DNA from: Trichodelitschia bisporula
Taxonomy: Eukaryota
Assembly: GCA_010356995.1 (NCBI GenBank)
Contig: ML996687.1
Span: 311,803 to 375,802 of the forward strand
DNA length: 64,000 bases
Direction: 5' to 3'
Both the position numbers and the translations under genes were made by a program. This document shows, one piece after another, positions 61,345-64,000 of the stretch. Numbering within the stretch: the stretch's first letter is position 1; each line of letters opens with the position of its first letter. A model generated the notes under the pieces. The model made no database searches, was not told the origin of the DNA, and worked only from the letters and a program-made list of their open reading frames with translations.

Positions 61345-64000
61345 GTGCGAATGGTACGCAGGTGAAAGGCGGACACGAGGTGGACGATCCTACAAAGCTG
61401 TATGTGATATGCGAGGCGAGCGTGAGAATGCGAGTGGTGATAGAGCCGAGACGAAAGGACGTTGTGCTCGCGGATTCATGGTCTGATTCCACTACCAACT
61501 ACAAGCACATGTAGCGCGTTTGCGTGCGAGTCAGGCGCGGAACACGCCCTCAACAGCACGGGAAGCTCCAAGCAGTTGCAAAGAGCACACAGGAAACTGG
61601 CGAGGAGCCTATAAAGCGAGTTGGCGGAAGCTTTTGGAGATGGTGGGGGAGGAGTTGAGGTGAGGCGAGATTTGCGAGCTTGGGAGGCGCGGGCGGGGAA
61701 GTGGTGGGCAGGCGCACGACTGGGTAGTAAGGTGCGGGGACTAGGGTGGAGGTGAGCAGAGGAGAGAATTTAGCAGCAGAAGGGCAAAAGGATATGTATC
61801 GTAGGTATGTAGACGAGCTATAGTTTTTGACGATGAACAGGTAGATGGAGAAGAAATTGGTGTGAGGTTGAGGGATGAGGTTGGTTGAGGTTAGGGTATA
61901 GCGGACGGACACAAGGCAGAATGGAGGTTTGAATGCGATGAGATGGAAAGCGAGGAGACAGGACTGGGGTCTGGCTTTCCTCTTAGGACTTGAGAAGTAA
62001 GGACTGGGATAAGGTGGAGACTTGCAGTAGCGCGATGTGAGGGATGGGTTAGCGGAGAGAGGAGAGTGGGTTGAAGAAGACTAAAGAATAGAAGCGGAGG
62101 CAGAAGCAGAGAAGCAGGATAGATCACATGCAAAGAGCATCCTGAGCTACCCCAACGCCATCGAGTTTGCTGACTACGCAGGACGTTGGTTTGCGCAAGA
62201 GTACTTCGTAGAAGGTCGGCGTTGGCCGCTGTGCTTGTACCGTAGCGTGAAGCGGGAAGGGGGCGTGCCGATGCAGATATGGGGGGGTAGAGGGGGGAAG
62301 GGAGGGGTTGGTGAGGCGGTCAAGCCCTAACAATAGGAGGGGGGCCCCCTACTTTACGGCGTCTTCATCATTGCAGAGGAGGTGGTAAGCTCTAACCATG
62401 AAAGGGAGGACCCCTACTCTCACAGCAGAACTGTCAGTCAGCAGGCATCAGGCATCTCAACCACCAGCATCAAGCATCGCGACTACAGGCAATGGGGTAA
62501 CAAACGAAGCTCCACCATCTCATTCCATCGCCATGTTACTGTCCATGACAATGATCTCCACCATCCCTCTCCTTCCCTTCATTCTTCCCTAACACAATCG
62601 AATAATCGGCTGGCGCAGGCATTCCAGTCCTTCACCTTTACTGGCGCTCTCTCCCCACTCCTTTCACCGTCGCCTTCCATACTACAGTGCTTTGCTCACG
62701 ACGTGCTGCGTTCGCGTAAACGTTCACCAGAAACACCCAGGCAACTTCCACACTCCTTTACGTCCGAAGCACAAGATCGAGATCCCAAACCAAAAATGTC
62801 TAGCGCCAACCACCTTTGCACGGTAACTCTCGTCTATCTAGAGCATCCTTGAGCCTCCAATCTGGAGCAAGCTCTCGGATCTGTTTCTAGCTATCCGAGC
62901 CGGTTGCACTTTTGCAAGCTGGCTGCTACGCAATGGTTTGAGCTTCGACCAACGTCAATCTAGAGCACGGAATGAGAGCAGGATAGGGCTCGTATACTTG
63001 TTTAAGCTCCGTTGAATAACTTCCCTTCGTCCGTCACGCCCACATCCGCTTCCTCTCTTCAAGTGGACGTATGGCCTCGCAAACCCCAAGAGATCCAAGG
63101 ATATCCCACCACTCCCCACCCGTTGGCGCGACTCAGCCTATCCCATTTCTCTATTCGCTTTATCCCTCTTCAAACAAGACTCCAGATCGCTCCCCCAGCC
63201 TAGCCCCCCCTACCTTCCAGCTCTGGCTGCCCTTGGCTCGAGCTAGTCAATCTCCCCATCTCCTAATCTGTCCCCATCGCCGCAAACGTCGAGCCAGCTA
63301 ACCCTTCCGCGCCAGTGATTCCACTGGCGCCGGTAAACCCGCAATATCAGCTTGATCTTCGCGCGGTCTGTCCACCGACGACTGTTTCGAAACTCCCTTC
63401 ATCGCATGGCGGTTCAGGTACCTCAGCCTACTGCTTACTGCTAAATCCAGCCCCGGCCCTGACTGGCTCCAATCCGTGCCTCGGCTCTCACCACTCCATC
63501 TGTCTCGATCCTCAACTCTTGACCAGTCTACCTCCACTGACCGCGCTGCTCATCGCTGTGAATCCGAAACGCCTCCTTCCTCCATCTTACTCACCCTCCA
63601 CCTACCCGCCATCCATGCCCTGGTGGCATTCTCTCCGCAATCATGGCCAATGTTAGCCCGGCTCTGCTCGGCGCCGCAAAACCGTAAGTCACTTTCCCAT
63701 GGTACATGTTCGTATATCCCGCCCAAAGCCCCCTCGGAGAGCTCTCCGGTCCATCGTTTTCAAGCCTTCTCGGCCGTAACCCCGCCCCTGCCCTAGATGA
63801 CCTCTGCTAATACTCAATGTCAACCAGGATAGCCCGTGCTTTCGCCCTTGCCTACCTCTCCGCCACCACTCCGCGCCTCCTGTCAGCGCTGCTTGGTGTT
63901 GCGCGTGGCAAGAGATCCCCAGCGGAAGCACATTCCCTCGTAAGTTGCACGGACAGCCCGCCTCGTGGTCTTTGCCCCCTTCCCCATGGAACGTAATTCC

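Noticed and set aside
61400..64000. ORFs in the purine/pyrimidine-skewed end of the window
   Set aside because: Low-complexity GA- and CT-rich sequence typical of fungal 5'UTRs and divergent promoters; no supportable coding signal.

Overview
Eukaryotic DNA from a filamentous ascomycete (Pezizomycotina, probably a Dothideomycete). It is gene-dense, with short GT-AG introns of mostly 42-60 nt carrying CTRAC/CTRAT branch sites. About 23 protein-coding loci are visible. Most are conserved housekeeping genes: xanthine dehydrogenase hxA (5'-truncated by the window), a KH protein, PEX14/17, IES2, an NADP-dependent ADH, CTF8, RPS8, ATP5, BTN1, RXT3, FBP26, a LITAF protein, a PMI-like gene, MNN11, SDH8 and a bHLH factor. 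Accessory islands lie between them: (i) a divergent SDR / FAD-monooxygenase pair; (ii) a decayed TA-rich gene at ~15.5-17.8 kb; (iii) a Zn2Cys6-ankyrin fusion revealed only after splicing; (iv) an orphan Ser/Pro protein with Pol II CTD-like Y-x-P-x-S-P repeats, followed by a ~260-bp tandem duplication; (v) a co-oriented trio at 50.9-58.0 kb. That trio is an AsaB-type oxygenase, an intronless RNI-like LRR protein, and a spliced fusion of a HeLo-like N-terminal domain, a 7-aa tandem-repeat array and a CAAX-less Rho GTPase. The LRR plus HeLo-like-Rho pair is the best candidate for an undescribed signalling or immune-type system. No rRNA, tRNA, CRISPR array or intact transposon was recognised. All family calls come from motifs read by eye, not from database searches.
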